Positions 16,013-16,525 of a stretch of 16,525 nucleotides of DNA are shown one piece after another. The notes under the pieces were generated by a model. The model was given only the letters and a program-made list of their open reading frames with translations. It did not search any database and was not told where the DNA came from. Within the stretch, counting starts at the first letter, position 1. The number at the start of each line of letters is the position of its first letter. The stretch is from Archangiaceae bacterium. Lineage in GTDB: Bacteria > Myxococcota > Myxococcia > Myxococcales > Myxococcaceae. The translations under genes were made by a program, and so were the position numbers. The stretch is taken from contig JAYVCD010000271.1 in NCBI GenBank assembly GCA_043750125.1, positions 1 to 16,525 of the forward strand. Reading direction: 5' to 3'.

Positions 16013-16525
16013 TTAAGGCGTCATGCACTTCTGTTCCACCTTCTTCTTCTCGACCTGTTCCTTGTTCCCGTCGCCGTCGACCGCGAACTCGAGCACCACG
16101 TCGAGCTCCTCGCAGCCGCCTCCCACCTCGAGCCGGCGCGCGGCTTCCTGGGTGCAGACGTTGGTCACCGCGCGCAGCAGATCTGAGTTTCCCTTCCAGA
16201 ACGAGAACCCCATCTTCCAGATCTTGCAGGCCTGTCGGCGATCTTGCCGGTCCATCAGGTCTTTGCCGCGGGTGTAGCAAGCCGAGGCCATGTCCTGCTG
16301 AATGTTCCGGCGGTAGTAGCTGGTCAGCTTCTCGAGGTCTTTCTTCTTCTTTTCGGCCGGCAGCGCCGCCTTCTCGGTTCCGAGCACCAGCTGCTCGTCG
16401 ATCATCAGCGCCTCGGCGAAGTACTCGTTGGCCTTGTCGGGCCGGTTGTTTCCGAGCTCGCCCTGGCCCGCCTTGTAGAGCTGATCCACGGTGGTGATCT
16501 GCTTGCCCAGGTTCTTGGCTGCCGC
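16013..16525 (-). CDS. C-terminal part of a helical TPR-like hypothetical protein (5' end outside the window)
   Basis: The frame is open to the window edge (AAAKNLGKQITTVDQLYKAGQ...). TPR-like helices LYKAGQGEL...DKANEYFAEALMID and CYTRGKDLMDRQDRRQACKIWKMG; 5 Cys; the stop is 10 nt before the polA start. Confidence 0.7.
   Translation of the reverse strand, partial: AAAKNLGKQITTVDQLYKAGQGELGNNRPDKANEYFAEALMIDEQLVLGTEKAALPAEKKKKDLEKLTSYYRRNIQQDMASACYTRGKDLMDRQDRRQACKIWKMGFSFWKGNSDLLRAVTNVCTQEAARRLEVGGGCEELDVVLEFAVDGDGNKEQVEKKKVEQKCMTP

Overview
High-GC bacterial chromosomal window, probably Myxococcota (inferred from Cys-rich lipoproteins, a long TonB-domain protein, a PqqD-like/HlyD fusion and an orphan GAF kinase). 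It has four transcription blocks. (1) A translationally coupled + strand operon: 5'-truncated 5'-nucleotidase with Cys-rich insertions, a 708-aa Cys-rich lipoprotein with ExeM/YhcR-like OB-fold motifs, and a predicted outer-membrane beta-barrel. (2) A - strand pair: acyl-CoA dehydrogenase and a PqqD-like/HlyD membrane-fusion protein. (3) + strand tRNA-Cys(GCA), a SpoIID/LytB lipoprotein and a TonB/TolA-like protein. (4) - strand: a truncated TPR-like gene, polA and a GAF-GAF histidine kinase. I saw no mobile elements or CRISPR. The best candidate for an undescribed system is block 1, a putative cell-envelope nucleic-acid/nucleotide capture, hydrolysis and uptake module resembling a split YhcR plus its own barrel. 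The Pol I is also unusual: Tyr at the E. coli F762-equivalent position, an N-terminal QGDLF clamp-binding-like motif, and a degenerate proofreading domain. All family calls come from motif recognition by eye, not from database searches.
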